A stretch of 64,000 bases of DNA from an uncultured Holophaga sp. (GCA_963664825.1 OY761614.1:768001-832000); one strand, 5' to 3'. Positions 9,450 through 19,709 are shown, counted from the stretch's first letter. Made by a program: numbers and translations. The notes: generated by a model not told the origin, from the sequence alone.

Positions 9450-11492
9450 CTACTCCGTGGCCTTGGCCCGGCGGCTATAGATCACCACGTAGGCACAGAG
9501 GGCCAGGAGGGCGACCAGGCCGATGGATTCGCCCATCTTGCCGGTGGCCGCCGCTTCCGAGAGCAGGGGGAAGCCGTTGGCCCACTTCAGTTTGATGAAG
9601 CTGGCCACCACACCCATGATGGCGCCGCCGGCCATGAGGCCCGAGGCGATGAGCACGCCGCGGTTCTCCCTCGCCTTGGCATCGGCTTCAGAAGTGCCGA
9701 TCTTGGGGCGGTTCACCCAATGGGAGAGGAGGCCGCCCAGCACCAGGGGAATATTGAGTTCGATGGGCAGGTACATGCCCAGGGCGAACCCAAGAGCGGG
9801 CAGTTCCACCATGCGGAGCACAAAGGAGAGGACTACGCCCAGCCCGAAGCCATACCAGCGAAGAGGCATGGAGGTGGCGCCGAAGATGCCTTCCAGGATG
9901 GCCTTCATGGCGCTGGCCTGGGGGGCGGGCAGGGCGTTGGTGCCCATGAGGAAGGCGCCGTCCGCCCCCTTCTGGTTGGCCAGCAGCCACATGGCGATGC
10001 CCGTGAAGAGGGCCGCCACCAGGGTGCCCACGAACTTCCAGGCGATCTGCTTGGCGGGGGTGGCGCCGATCCAGTGGCCGATCTTGAGATCCGTGCTGAA
10101 GGCGCCGGAGGCCGCCAGGGCCGTGCAGACGATGCCGCCCACCATCATGGTGAGGAACATGCCGTAGCCGCCGGAGAAGTTGAGCTTGAGCATCACCACG
10201 CCGGTGATGACCAGGGTCAGCATGGTCATGCCGGAGATCGGGTTGGTGCCGATGGTGGCGATGGCGCGGGCGGCCACGGGCGCGAAGAAGAAGGAGATGA
10301 CAAAGACCATCGCCGTGCCCACCAGGGCCGGGATGAGGGCATGCCGGATGCCCAGGCCGAAGGAGAGGAAGAGCAGGGTGGAAAGGCCCGCCACCACTAG
10401 GCCCACGGTGACCATGCCGCCGGGCAGGGTGCGGTCCGTGCGCTTGGGCACCGTCGCTTCCACCTTCTGGCCACTCATGAGGGCCTTCAGGTTGCTGATG
10501 ATGCTGCGGATCATATTGGGCAGGGAGGCCAGCACGCCCATGACGCCCGCGCCTGCGATGGCACCCACGCCGATGATGCGCACGTAGTCCCGGAAGACGA
10601 TTTCGGGGCTCATGTCCTTGATGAGGATGCCCCCCGGGGCCAGGACGATGGGGACGTACTGACCCACGGCATGGACCAGGGGCACCAGCACGAACATGCT
10701 GAAGATGGAACCCGCCGCGATGACTGCCGTGTAGCGCAGGCCGATGATGTAGCCGATGCCCAGGGTGGCTGCGCTATTGAGGAAATTGAAGGCGAAGAAG
10801 CGCTCCCGCATGGCCTGGCCAATCCAGACACTCTTCAGGGTGATGTTCTCCCCCATGGCGCGGAAGATGCTCACCAGGCCGTCATAGGCGGCGCCGATGC
10901 CCGCGGCCACGGCCAGCTCCTTGGCCTGGTTGCCCGCCTTCTCGCCGGTAACCAGGATCTCGGCCGTGGCCGTGGCTTCGGGCCAGGGGAAGATGCCGTG
11001 GTTCTCCACCATGAAGTTATGGCGCAGGGGCAGCAGGAACAGGATGCCGATGCATCCGCCGATGAAGCTCACCAGCACCACCTGCCAGAGCGAAGGGGTC
11101 GGCACGCCGCTGCCCGCCGTATTGGCCAACACGTAGAGGGCGGGAATGGTGAAGGCCGCCCCGGAGACCACATGGCTGCTATTGGCGCCGATGGACTGGA
11201 TGATGACGTTTTCCAGGAGGGTGTTCTTCCGGGCGTAGAAGCGGCTGAGGCCCACGGCCAGGATGGAGATGGGGATGGCCGCCTCGATGCCCTGACCCAA
11301 TTTCAGGGCCAGATAGGCCGCCGCCATGGAGAAGATGGCGCAGAAGATCAGCCCCAGGATCACGCTGCGGGACGTAACCTCGGGCATCCCGTCCTGGGGC
11401 ACCAGGGGGACATAGGCCTCTCCTTCCCGCAGCGGCCGCCGGGCGTTCTCCGGCAGGCCCTTGATGACCGGGGTTTCAGTGTCTTGGGACAT
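9450..11492 (-). CDS. OPT-family oligopeptide transporter
   Basis: Multi-TM protein; YLALKLGQGIEAAIPISILAVG, ENVIIQSIG, FPWPEATATAEIL, NPISGMT, DLKIGHWIGATP, LPAPQA. Confidence 0.9.
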   Translation of the reverse strand: MSQDTETPVIKGLPENARRPLREGEAYVPLVPQDGMPEVTSRSVILGLIFCAIFSMAAAYLALKLGQGIEAAIPISILAVGLSRFYARKNTLLENVIIQSIGANSSHVVSGAAFTIPALYVLANTAGSGVPTPSLWQVVLVSFIGGCIGILFLLPLRHNFMVENHGIFPWPEATATAEILVTGEKAGNQAKELAVAAGIGAAYDGLVSIFRAMGENITLKSVWIGQAMRERFFAFNFLNSAATLGIGYIIGLRYTAVIAAGSIFSMFVLVPLVHAVGQYVPIVLAPGGILIKDMSPEIVFRDYVRIIGVGAIAGAGVMGVLASLPNMIRSIISNLKALMSGQKVEATVPKRTDRTLPGGMVTVGLVVAGLSTLLFLSFGLGIRHALIPALVGTAMVFVISFFFAPVAARAIATIGTNPISGMTMLTLVITGVVMLKLNFSGGYGMFLTMMVGGIVCTALAASGAFSTDLKIGHWIGATPAKQIAWKFVGTLVAALFTGIAMWLLANQKGADGAFLMGTNALPAPQASAMKAILEGIFGATSMPLRWYGFGLGVVLSFVLRMVELPALGFALGMYLPIELNIPLVLGGLLSHWVNRPKIGTSEADAKARENRGVLIASGLMAGGAIMGVVASFIKLKWANGFPLLSEAAATGKMGESIGLVALLALCAYVVIYSRRAKATE

Positions 11493-11550
11493 GCGGACTC
11501 CTCGCAAGAGTTCAATGGGAACGTGCTCTCAGATTGCCATGGGGCGGACT

Positions 11551-13335
11551 TCAGTTCTCGTACTTCCCGATCACGCCCTCCGCCACCCTCCGGGTGAGGC
11601 TGTGGTAGCCGGGGGCGGCCTTGGCGAAGACATCCCGCGCGAGTTCTCTTCCAGCCGTTGTCTTGCCCAGGGCCTGGTAGAGGGGGCGCACGTACTTCAT
11701 GCGGCCGATTGTGGAAAGCACCTGCCGCACACGCTCGAAGGCGGGGGCGTAGCCGCTGCTCGCCGCGATGCAGAGCCATTCCACCAGGATCTCGAAATTG
11801 CCCCGCTGGGTGAGATGCAGCTTCCCGTCCAGCCAGACGCAATCCTGCTCCGGGATTTCGTGGGGCAGATGCTGGAGGTAGATGAGCAGCTCGCTCATGC
11901 CCCAGGCCTGGATCTGGGCATCGGCAGGGCGCTGGCCCGCCTTCCAGCCTTCGGCCAGGGTCGTCAGCGTCTCCAGCATGGGCGACACGAAGCGCGGCGC
12001 GTCCAGGGGCAGCCCGGCCTCGTGCAGCCAGGCGTCTGCATGCACCCGGGCCAGGAGCCCTGGGAACTGTGCCTCGGTGAAGGCGCAGAACTGCTCGGTG
12101 GTGATGCTCTGGAAACGGAAGCGGCCCATATAGGCCTTCAGGAATTCCGCGAAGGCCCCTTCCCCCACGGCCCGCTCCAGAGTGATCACGAAGCGGGCGC
12201 CCTTCTCGTAGGGGATGCTGCAGAAGGCGTCATCGGGATCGATGCCCTCCAGATGGGTGCGCAGCTTGGTGAGTTCGGGCTGTTCCCGGAAGCGCTCCAG
12301 GCTCTCGTCCAGGGCCCTCTGGCCGATGGCCCAGCTCAGCGCCTCGGCCTCCGCTCCATGGAGCGCCCGCAGGATGCGGCGTTCGGCCCACACCGTGAAG
12401 CCCTCGTTGAGCCAGACATGCTCGGCCGTGGCGTTGGTGACGAGATTGCCCGTCCAGCTGTGAGCCAATTCGTGGGCCACCACGTCCACCAGGCTGCGGT
12501 CCCCGGCCAGGAGGGTGGGCGTGAGGAAGGTCATGCGGGGATTCTCCATGCCGCCGTATGGGAAGGAGGGCGGCAGCACGAGCATGTCGTAGCGATCCCA
12601 ATCGTAGGGACCGAAGAGGCCCTCGGCCTTGGCCACCAGGGATTCGGTTTCCGCAAATTCCCAGGCGGCCTTTTCGATGGTGGCCGGCTCGGCCCATACG
12701 CGCACGCGAGGGGAGATCTCCCGGCTCTCCAGTTCCCCCACGGCCAGGGCCAGCAGGTAGCTGGGGATGGGCTGGGGCATCCGGAAACGAAAGGTGCGCC
12801 ATCCCGGCCCGGAAGGCGCGTCCCCCTGGGGCCCGGCGCTCATCACCGCGCTCAGGCCCTCGGGCACGAGGATCTCGGCGTCGTAGTTCACCCGCGCCAC
12901 CGCACAATCCTGGCAGGGCACCAGGGTGCGGGCATGGATGGCCTGGCACTGGCTGAAGAGGAAGGGCTGCTTGCCACCGGCTGTCTGTTCGGGGCTGAGC
13001 CACTGGAGCCCGAGGGCCTCCGGGCTCGTCTCGTAAGCGATGGTGATGCCCAGGGTTCCCCCAGGCAACTGAAGGCGCAGGCGGCTGCCCAGGATGGGAT
13101 CGGCCTCCCCCAGTTCGAAGGGCAGGTTCGCCGCCGTGGCCGTCACGTAAGCCCGGTGGATGGTCAGGCCCTTGGTATCGAGATCGAGGGTGCCCTCCAC
13201 CCCCTGGCCCGGAAAGACCAGGGTGGCCTCGCCCTCCAGCACCCTGCGTTGGAAGTCCACCCGCAGGCGCAGATGCCAACTGCGAGTGCGGGGCTGGGCG
13301 TCGTCGAAATAGGAATGAGGATCGATGCGGGTCAT
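11551..13335 (-). CDS. M1-family aminopeptidase (leukotriene A4 hydrolase-like)
   Basis: Start at MTRIDPHS; FSQCQAIHAR, PPSFPYGGMENP, HELAHSWTGNLVTNAT...WLNEGFT, IPYEKG. Confidence 0.93.
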   Translation of the reverse strand: MTRIDPHSYFDDAQPRTRSWHLRLRVDFQRRVLEGEATLVFPGQGVEGTLDLDTKGLTIHRAYVTATAANLPFELGEADPILGSRLRLQLPGGTLGITIAYETSPEALGLQWLSPEQTAGGKQPFLFSQCQAIHARTLVPCQDCAVARVNYDAEILVPEGLSAVMSAGPQGDAPSGPGWRTFRFRMPQPIPSYLLALAVGELESREISPRVRVWAEPATIEKAAWEFAETESLVAKAEGLFGPYDWDRYDMLVLPPSFPYGGMENPRMTFLTPTLLAGDRSLVDVVAHELAHSWTGNLVTNATAEHVWLNEGFTVWAERRILRALHGAEAEALSWAIGQRALDESLERFREQPELTKLRTHLEGIDPDDAFCSIPYEKGARFVITLERAVGEGAFAEFLKAYMGRFRFQSITTEQFCAFTEAQFPGLLARVHADAWLHEAGLPLDAPRFVSPMLETLTTLAEGWKAGQRPADAQIQAWGMSELLIYLQHLPHEIPEQDCVWLDGKLHLTQRGNFEILVEWLCIAASSGYAPAFERVRQVLSTIGRMKYVRPLYQALGKTTAGRELARDVFAKAAPGYHSLTRRVAEGVIGKYEN

Positions 13336-13465
13336 GGCAGGCCTACGGAACGCGGCGGGAAGCGCCGCATGAAGCACAGGAATGGCAAAGGACCAGGGGG
13401 TGGGACTTCCGCCATTATCCCTAGGGAGCCCCCAGCATGGGGTCACAATTCCAGGTCCAGAGGGC

Positions 13466-14869
13466 CTAGAGCAGCCGGTTCACGAGCCGGTCGAGGCGGA
13501 CGCGATTCAGGCGATTGAGGGCCTTCCGGATGGGCTGGGGATAGTGGCGAGGGGTCTCCAGATCCCGGTAGCCCTTCAGTCGGGTGGTGTTTGCAAGGAT
13601 GGCCGCCCGCTCCGCGGCGTGCATCTGGGCCAAGAGCCCCCGGGGATCCCGGATGACCAGACCATTTTCCAGGTCCATGCTCCAGGCCCGGGGATTCAGG
13701 TTATTGCCCGTGACCACCGTGAATTCATCGTCGATGAACAGGCCCTTCAGGTGGAAGGTGTTGTCTTCATGGCGCCAGAGATGGATGTGCAAGCGTCCCT
13801 CCTCGATGGCCTCCTGGTGCTGCTTGGCGAAGCGGCGCAGGTTGGCTTCGTAGAGATAGGGCAGCAGGCCGATGGTCTTGAAGGGCTCCGAAGGCGGGAT
13901 GTAAAAATCGTTGGCGGTCTTGTCGCCCACCACGAGGGTGACGTCGCGCCCGCTGGCCAACAACCGGGAAAGGGCCCTGTTCATGGGGCCCGGCAGATTG
14001 AAGTAGGGCGTGAAGAGCACCAGTTTGCGTTGGGTGGATTTCACCAAGGCCAGGATCGCGTCGTTGAGCATATTGGCCAGGCCACCAAAACCGATCAGGG
14101 GCGTGATCTCCACATCCTGGGCGCCGGAGGCCTCCCCCTGGAAAAGGTAGCGGGCGCTCCGCAATCCCCGGCGGAAGCCTCGGATGGCCGGCCCTTGGCT
14201 GCGGGTGCTGGGGAGGATGGACTGATTCAGGGCGCACACGGCCGGGTTTTCCAGCAGCGCGGAGCGCACGAAATCCGCCAGGCAATCGGCCAGAACCTTG
14301 CTCTCGAAGAGATGGTAGCGGTCCAGGCGATACCGTCCGTGGCGCGCCAGGTAGACATCATTGAGGCTGGCGCCGCTGTAGAGCACTGCGTCATCGAAGA
14401 TGAAGCCCTTCAGATGCAGGACGCCGAACAATTCCCGACGATGGACGGGCACGCCGACGATATGGACCCCTTCGCCATAGCGGGAGGCATACTCCTGGTA
14501 CATGGCCGCGTTCCCGGGGCTCTGGGCCTTGCCGATGAGGCCGCGCTGGGCGCGGTGCCAATCCACGAGAACATGGATCTCGAGTTCCGGCCGGACTCGA
14601 TGCGCGGCGTAGAGGGCCTCCAGGATCTCCCGGCCCGTGGTGTCATCCTGAAGATAGAGGGCCACCAGGATGATGCGCCGCCGAGCCTGGGAGATCCGCT
14701 GGAGCAGAAGGGAACGGAATTCCGCAGGCGCAGGCAGCATGCGCACGGCTCCGGCCGCCACGGGAATAGAGGGCAGCTCGGTCACCCTGATGGGAGGCAC
14801 GGCCCTGCCCCGCAGGCGCAAGGCTGTGCGCGCCAGACGGCCCTTCCCGGAGGGGAGCAGCTTTTCCAT
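13466..14869 (-). CDS. pssA: CDP-diacylglycerol--serine O-phosphatidyltransferase, PLD-superfamily (E. coli type)
   Basis: Two HKD motifs (HLKGFIFDD, HLKGLFIDD); VDWHRAQRGLIG, YSGASLNDVYL, TPYFNLP, GDKTANDFYIPP, NNLNPRAW. Confidence 0.9.
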   Translation of the reverse strand: MEKLLPSGKGRLARTALRLRGRAVPPIRVTELPSIPVAAGAVRMLPAPAEFRSLLLQRISQARRRIILVALYLQDDTTGREILEALYAAHRVRPELEIHVLVDWHRAQRGLIGKAQSPGNAAMYQEYASRYGEGVHIVGVPVHRRELFGVLHLKGFIFDDAVLYSGASLNDVYLARHGRYRLDRYHLFESKVLADCLADFVRSALLENPAVCALNQSILPSTRSQGPAIRGFRRGLRSARYLFQGEASGAQDVEITPLIGFGGLANMLNDAILALVKSTQRKLVLFTPYFNLPGPMNRALSRLLASGRDVTLVVGDKTANDFYIPPSEPFKTIGLLPYLYEANLRRFAKQHQEAIEEGRLHIHLWRHEDNTFHLKGLFIDDEFTVVTGNNLNPRAWSMDLENGLVIRDPRGLLAQMHAAERAAILANTTRLKGYRDLETPRHYPQPIRKALNRLNRVRLDRLVNRLL

Positions 14870-14950
14870 GGCACTCAGTATAGCGGTGCCCTGGGGCCCA
14901 GGGGAAAGCCGGGTCGCCCCGGCCTTCCCACAGGAAACCTAAACGCCGGT

Positions 14951-16597
14951 CTATTCCTCTTCCGGAGCCAGTCCCTTGACCTTCTTCACCTTGAGGATCT
15001 CGCCCCGCTCCTTGACGATGCGCTCGTACCAGTCCTTGGAATAGGCCGGGTGGGTCACTTCGCCCTTCTCATCCCGGACATTGCCATCGAGGTACTTCCA
15101 GATGAGGAATTCCCCCAGCTTCTTCCAGCGCTTCAGGGTGAGTTCCGATTGTTCGGCGCTGTATTGGGTGAGGTAGTCCCTGGCCAGGGCCGGGCTCTGG
15201 TCATAGAGCTTCCGGGCGGCGGCTTCCACTTCGTCCTGTTCGTTGATGAACTTGCCCTCCAGCTCCCGCTGGACCTTCTGGACATCGACGATCATGTCGC
15301 TCCAGCGGCTGTAGGTGTAGTTGCTCACGAAATTGAAGGTCCAGAAGGCGCTATCCCAGTTGAACTCGTTCCAGTTGCCCGTGCCTTCCGCGTAGGGCCT
15401 GGGGGCCGCCTTGATGCCGCAGTGCATGGGCACATAGACGGTGCAGTAGGTGTCGTCCACGCCGAACCAGAACACGCCGCCGATGGGGTTGGGCATGAAG
15501 GAACGGGCCTGGGCCACGAAGGAGAAGCCCGTCTGCTGGGTGCTGATGGCGCGTTCCTGGATGTAGTCCTGGCCCGCCACCTTGAAGGTCATGGGGCGCC
15601 AGCGATAGGGGAGTTTGAAGGGGCCCGCGCCCACATCCTGGGTCATATCGAAGTCCGTGCCCGTGAAGTGATCGCGCATGAGTTCCATGACCTCGTGCAC
15701 ATCGAGCTTGTGATCGGGTTTCACGGAGAGGGGCATGGGCTGGGCCCCCTCCACGGCCTTCACGAAATCCATGCTGATCTTCTGGGAGGGGCAGGCGCGG
15801 TTGAAGACGCTCCACACCCGGCCCTCACAGCCCCGCAGGCTGCCGAAGGTGAGAGGACAGTAAGTGTCGGCGAAGCTGAAGTCCTTGTCCTCGCCCTTGT
15901 AGAGGCCCTTCTCCCGAGCGAAGGCGATGACGTCCTTGCTGTAGAGGCAGTTCTTGGAATCGTTGAGAGAGAACTGGCGGATGCGGGCCTGGTTGGCGTG
16001 AGAGCTGATGGTGCCATCCGGGATCTTCACGGCCACCCACACGGCGCCCTTCTGGCCCTTGCCCTTGCCGATCATCTCCATGATCCAGGCCTCGTTGGGG
16101 TCGCCGATGCTGAAGCTCTCCCCTTCGGAGATGTAGCCGAATTCCTCCGCCAGCTTGGTCATCACCTGGATGGCTTCCCGAGCGGTCTTGGCCCGTTCCA
16201 GGGCGATGTACATGAGGCTGCCGTAATCGACCATCCCGGAGCGACCTTCGGAGAGGGCCTTGCGGCCGCCGAAGGTGGTCTCACCCACCATCACCTGGAA
16301 CTCGTTCATGTTGCCCACGCGGGTGTAGGTGACGGGCACTTCCGGGATGCGGCCCAGGAACTTGCCCGTATCCCACTCGTTGATATCGCGGAGCTCCGTG
16401 GGGAGATGGCGGGCGCCGGCCTTGAAGTAGAGTTCCCCGTAGAGGGTGTGGCTATCGGCGGCGTAGGTGATGAAGGTGGAGCCATCCTTGCTCGCGCCCT
16501 TGGTGACGAGGATGTTGGTGCAGGCCTCGAGCTGGGGACTGACGGCTGCGGCCGCCACTAGCGCGATGGCCGCCAGGGATCGGAAGGTGAGCTTCAT
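14951..16597 (-). CDS. C69-family dipeptidase (Ntn hydrolase), secreted
   Basis: Real gene is the C-terminal part of the 1006-aa ORF, starting MKLTFRS; signal peptide followed by ACTNILV..GASKDGS (N-terminal Cys nucleophile); GNMNEFQV. Confidence 0.88.
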   Translation of the reverse strand: MKLTFRSLAAIALVAAAAVSPQLEACTNILVTKGASKDGSTFITYAADSHTLYGELYFKAGARHLPTELRDINEWDTGKFLGRIPEVPVTYTRVGNMNEFQVMVGETTFGGRKALSEGRSGMVDYGSLMYIALERAKTAREAIQVMTKLAEEFGYISEGESFSIGDPNEAWIMEMIGKGKGQKGAVWVAVKIPDGTISSHANQARIRQFSLNDSKNCLYSKDVIAFAREKGLYKGEDKDFSFADTYCPLTFGSLRGCEGRVWSVFNRACPSQKISMDFVKAVEGAQPMPLSVKPDHKLDVHEVMELMRDHFTGTDFDMTQDVGAGPFKLPYRWRPMTFKVAGQDYIQERAISTQQTGFSFVAQARSFMPNPIGGVFWFGVDDTYCTVYVPMHCGIKAAPRPYAEGTGNWNEFNWDSAFWTFNFVSNYTYSRWSDMIVDVQKVQRELEGKFINEQDEVEAAARKLYDQSPALARDYLTQYSAEQSELTLKRWKKLGEFLIWKYLDGNVRDEKGEVTHPAYSKDWYERIVKERGEILKVKKVKGLAPEEE

Positions 16598-16780
16598 ATG
16601 GACCCTTTCATGGGGAATGTGACATCGCAATGCGATGGTTGATTGTACGGGTTCCCTTCCCGAAGACCAAGGTCGACCTCGCTCCGGGGGACCCGTCCGG
16701 CAGAGACCTCCCTCCGATGGGCGAGAACCCGGGAACCCCGAGCCCACCCATGCCATCGTGAAGGGACAGGAGCCCTTCCC

Positions 16781-18097
16781 ATGCTTGCCGCCCTCATCCT
16801 CCCCGCCCTGGTCCAGATCGCATCGTCCCCCGCCCCCCTCACGGGCCCCTGGTCCGGTGCCATCGAGGTGCCGGGTCTGTCCCTGGCCATCCAGGTGGAT
16901 TTCGCCCACCAGGGAGCCTGGACGGGCACGATCGCCATTCCCGCCCAGGGCCTCAAGGCCTTCGCCCTGGCCGATCTGAAGGCGGAGGGCCCCGATATCT
17001 CCTTCCGCATGGCCGGCATCCCCGGGGATCCGGCCTTCAAGGGCCAAATGCAAAAGGACGGGAGCCTCCGGGGCGCCTTCACCCAAGGGGGCCAGTCCTT
17101 CCCCTTCGCCCTGAAACCCGGCGCCCTGGCCCCATCGGCCCCTCCTCCGCCCCTGGCCCCGTCCCCGGAGGATCGGGAGGTCTCCTTCCCGGGTTTCAAC
17201 GCCTTCCCCTTGAAGGGCACGCTCCGGGCCGCCCAGGGCCGCGGATACTTCGCCGTGCTGGTGGCGGGATCGGGCCCCACGGACCGAAACTGGTCCAATC
17301 CCCTGATCCGGGATCCAGGCACGGGCAAGCTCCTGCCCAGCCACGGCGGGCGGGATTTCGCCCAGTGGCTGGCCCAGCAGGGCATCGGGAGCCTGCGATG
17401 GGACAAGCGTTTCATCGGGAGCAGGGATCCCAAGCTGGATATCTCCCTGGACGCCCAGACCGGGGATATTCGCGCGGCCCTGGCCTTTGCCCGGCAAAGG
17501 CCCGAGGCCAAGGGGAAGAAGCTCCTGCTCATCGGCCACAGCGAGGGTTCCCTGCTCTCCCTCCTGGTGGCCCAGGACTGTGACGCCCTGCTGCTCCTGT
17601 CCATGCCTCCCCAGAGCATGGCCAAGACCATCCTGGAGCAGCTCAAGCTCCAGCTCCCCTCGGACAAAGCCGCGGCCAACCTGGCCTATCTGGAATCGGT
17701 CTTCCAGGCCATCCGCGCCCAGAAGCCCGCCCCCGAGGCCGGGCCGGAGGTCTTCCCTGCGCTGGTGGCCAATCTGGTGCGGCCCCTCATGCGCCCGGAG
17801 AGCCTGGGCTTCGTGCGCGACACCCTGGACCTGGACCCCTGGGCCCTGGCGGCGCGGGTTCCCGTGCCCTGTGCCGTCCTCTGGGGGGATCGGGATATGC
17901 AGACCTGGAAGCCAGCGGCCCTGCCCGAGACCTTCCCCGGCACCGTCCTGGAGATCCCGGAGGCCAACCATATCCTGAAGCGGGAGACCCGTCCCCGGAC
18001 CGGCCTCAGCGGCGCCAATGCGGGGTCCGCCTACGGCGACGACACGCCCATGGCCGATCTCGCGCCCCTGGCTGCCTGGCTGAAGGGCCTCAAATAG
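16781..18097 (+). CDS. Secreted alpha/beta hydrolase
   Basis: Start MLAALILP; VLVAGSGPTDRN, LIGHSEG nucleophile elbow, GDRDMQ, PEANHILK. Confidence 0.82.
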   Translation: MLAALILPALVQIASSPAPLTGPWSGAIEVPGLSLAIQVDFAHQGAWTGTIAIPAQGLKAFALADLKAEGPDISFRMAGIPGDPAFKGQMQKDGSLRGAFTQGGQSFPFALKPGALAPSAPPPPLAPSPEDREVSFPGFNAFPLKGTLRAAQGRGYFAVLVAGSGPTDRNWSNPLIRDPGTGKLLPSHGGRDFAQWLAQQGIGSLRWDKRFIGSRDPKLDISLDAQTGDIRAALAFARQRPEAKGKKLLLIGHSEGSLLSLLVAQDCDALLLLSMPPQSMAKTILEQLKLQLPSDKAAANLAYLESVFQAIRAQKPAPEAGPEVFPALVANLVRPLMRPESLGFVRDTLDLDPWALAARVPVPCAVLWGDRDMQTWKPAALPETFPGTVLEIPEANHILKRETRPRTGLSGANAGSAYGDDTPMADLAPLAAWLKGLK

Positions 18098-18149
18098 AAC
18101 CCGCTGCTAATCTCAAAAGAGACCATTCCACCTTTCCAAAGGAGTCCTC

Positions 18150-18752
18150 ATGCGTTTCCGCTTCCTCACCCTCGCCCTGGCCCTGACGGCCTTCAGCGCC
18201 TTCGCCGCGGATGCCGCCAAGCCTCGGGTGAAGTTCACCACCAACCTGGGCAGCTTCACGGTGGAGCTGGAGCCCGAGGCCGCGCCGAAAACCGTGACCA
18301 ATTTCCTGGGCTATGTGCGCTCAGGGCATTACAAGGGCACCACCTTCCACCGGGTCATCGCCAATTTCATGATCCAGGGCGGCGGCGTGACGATGAAGGG
18401 CGAGGAGAAGGCCGCCAAGAATACCGTGGTGAACGAGGCCAAGCTGGCTTCCGAAAAGGGGCTGAAGAATGTCCGGGGCAGCCTGGCCATGGCCCGCACC
18501 AGTGAGCCCCACAGCGCCAAGGCCCAGTTCTTCGTCAACGTGGTCAATAATCCCGCCCTGGATTACCCCAGCCAGGACGGCTGGGGATACTGCGTCTTCG
18601 GCAAGGTGGTCGAAGGCATGGAGACCGTGGACGCCATCCGGGACGTGAAGACCGGCGCCGCCAACAAACCCCTGAAGCCCGTGGTCATCACCGCCGCTTC
18701 CGTGGAAGGCGACAAGGCTCCCGTCAAGAAGAAGACTTCCCACAAGAAGTAA
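18150..18752 (+). CDS. Periplasmic cyclophilin-type peptidyl-prolyl isomerase
   Basis: Signal peptide; APKTVTNFL, TTFHRVIANFMIQGGG, RGSLAMART, QFFVN, GYCVFGKVVEGM. Confidence 0.93.
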   Translation: MRFRFLTLALALTAFSAFAADAAKPRVKFTTNLGSFTVELEPEAAPKTVTNFLGYVRSGHYKGTTFHRVIANFMIQGGGVTMKGEEKAAKNTVVNEAKLASEKGLKNVRGSLAMARTSEPHSAKAQFFVNVVNNPALDYPSQDGWGYCVFGKVVEGMETVDAIRDVKTGAANKPLKPVVITAASVEGDKAPVKKKTSHKK

Positions 18753-18765
18753 GACCCCCGGCTCG

Positions 18766-18809
18766 GCCTTCGCCCTTCCGCGGCTCCCAGGCTGCGGGAG
18801 GGCGAAGGC
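18766..18809 (+). terminator. Long GC hairpin between the PPIase gene and fabG
   Basis: gccttcgcccttccgcggc / gctgcgggagggcgaaggc inverted repeat with G-U pairs. Confidence 0.45.
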
Positions 18810-18844
18810 ACTGTTAGACTTTCCTTTCGTTTGAAGGAGTCCAT

Positions 18845-19597
18845 ATGTTCAAGCTCGACGGCAAGGTCGCCCTCGTCACTGGCGCCAGCCAGGGCATCGG
18901 CGAAGTCATCGCCAAGGAACTCGCCCGGCAGGGCGCCAAGGTCGTGTGCGCCAGCCTGGCCATGACCGAAGAAGACCTCAAGCGCGTGGTCTCCGAGATC
19001 GAAGCCACGGGAGGTCAGGCCGATTACGTGCTGCTGAACATGGCCGAGGGCGAAACCGTGCGGGCCGCCGTGAGTGAAGTCGTGGCGCGCCATGGCGCCC
19101 TCCATATCCTGGTGAACAACGCGGGCATCACCAAGGACAAGCTCCTCATCCAGATGAAGGAAGAGGAGTGGGACGCGGTGCTCAATATCAACCTGAAGGG
19201 CGCCTTCCTGGCCACTCAGGCCGTGGCCAAGCCCATGATGAAGCAGCGCTGGGGCCGCATCATCAATATCGCCAGCGTGGTGGGCCAGATGGGCAACGCC
19301 GGCCAGGCCAATTACGTCTCCGCCAAGGCCGGCCTCATCGGCCTCACCAAGACCACGGGCCGGGAGCTGGCTTCTCGCAATATCACCTGCAACGCCGTGG
19401 CGCCGGGCTACATCGCCACGCCTATGACCGAGAAGCTCCCTGACGACGTCAAAGCGAGCTTCAATAAGCAGATTCCCCTGGGCCGCATGGGCACGGCCCT
19501 GGATATCGCCGCGGCCGTATGCTTCCTGGCCACCGAAGAAGCCAGCTACATCACGGGCTGCACCATCCCCGTCAATGGCGGGATGCTGATGCCCTGA
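18845..19597 (+). CDS. fabG: 3-oxoacyl-ACP reductase
   Basis: TGASQGIG, LVNNAGITKD, GNAGQANYVSAKAG (YxxxK), NAVAPGYIAT, IPVNGGM. Confidence 0.93.
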   Translation: MFKLDGKVALVTGASQGIGEVIAKELARQGAKVVCASLAMTEEDLKRVVSEIEATGGQADYVLLNMAEGETVRAAVSEVVARHGALHILVNNAGITKDKLLIQMKEEEWDAVLNINLKGAFLATQAVAKPMMKQRWGRIINIASVVGQMGNAGQANYVSAKAGLIGLTKTTGRELASRNITCNAVAPGYIATPMTEKLPDDVKASFNKQIPLGRMGTALDIAAAVCFLATEEASYITGCTIPVNGGMLMP

Positions 19598-19614
19598 GGC
19601 AAAGGGGAAAACTC

Positions 19615-19709
19615 ACCACGGAGACACGGAGTGCACAGAGGAGATCACGGAGATAGGACCATGATTCACGCATTCCTCCGTGTTCTCCGTGAGTTCATTT
19701 CTCAGTGGT
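19615..19709. repeat. Inverted tandem-repeat element (CACGGAG units), overlapping the 5' end of the PP2C gene
   Basis: Left arm ac-cacggaga-cacggagtg-cacagagga-gat-cacggagat; right arm reverse complement accactgag...cacggagaacacggagga. Confidence 0.7.

Noticed and set aside
13382..16561. Very long antisense ORFs (1059 aa here; also 35838-39092, 40456-43011, 45151-47406, 47171-49480, 3702-5564)
   Set aside because: Each mirrors a well-supported gene on the other strand and has no motifs; expected shadow ORFs in high-GC DNA.
14951..17971. 1006-aa ORF as a fusion protein
   Set aside because: The N-terminal ~460 aa are largely antisense to the alpha/beta hydrolase; the real C69 gene starts at 16597 with its own signal peptide.
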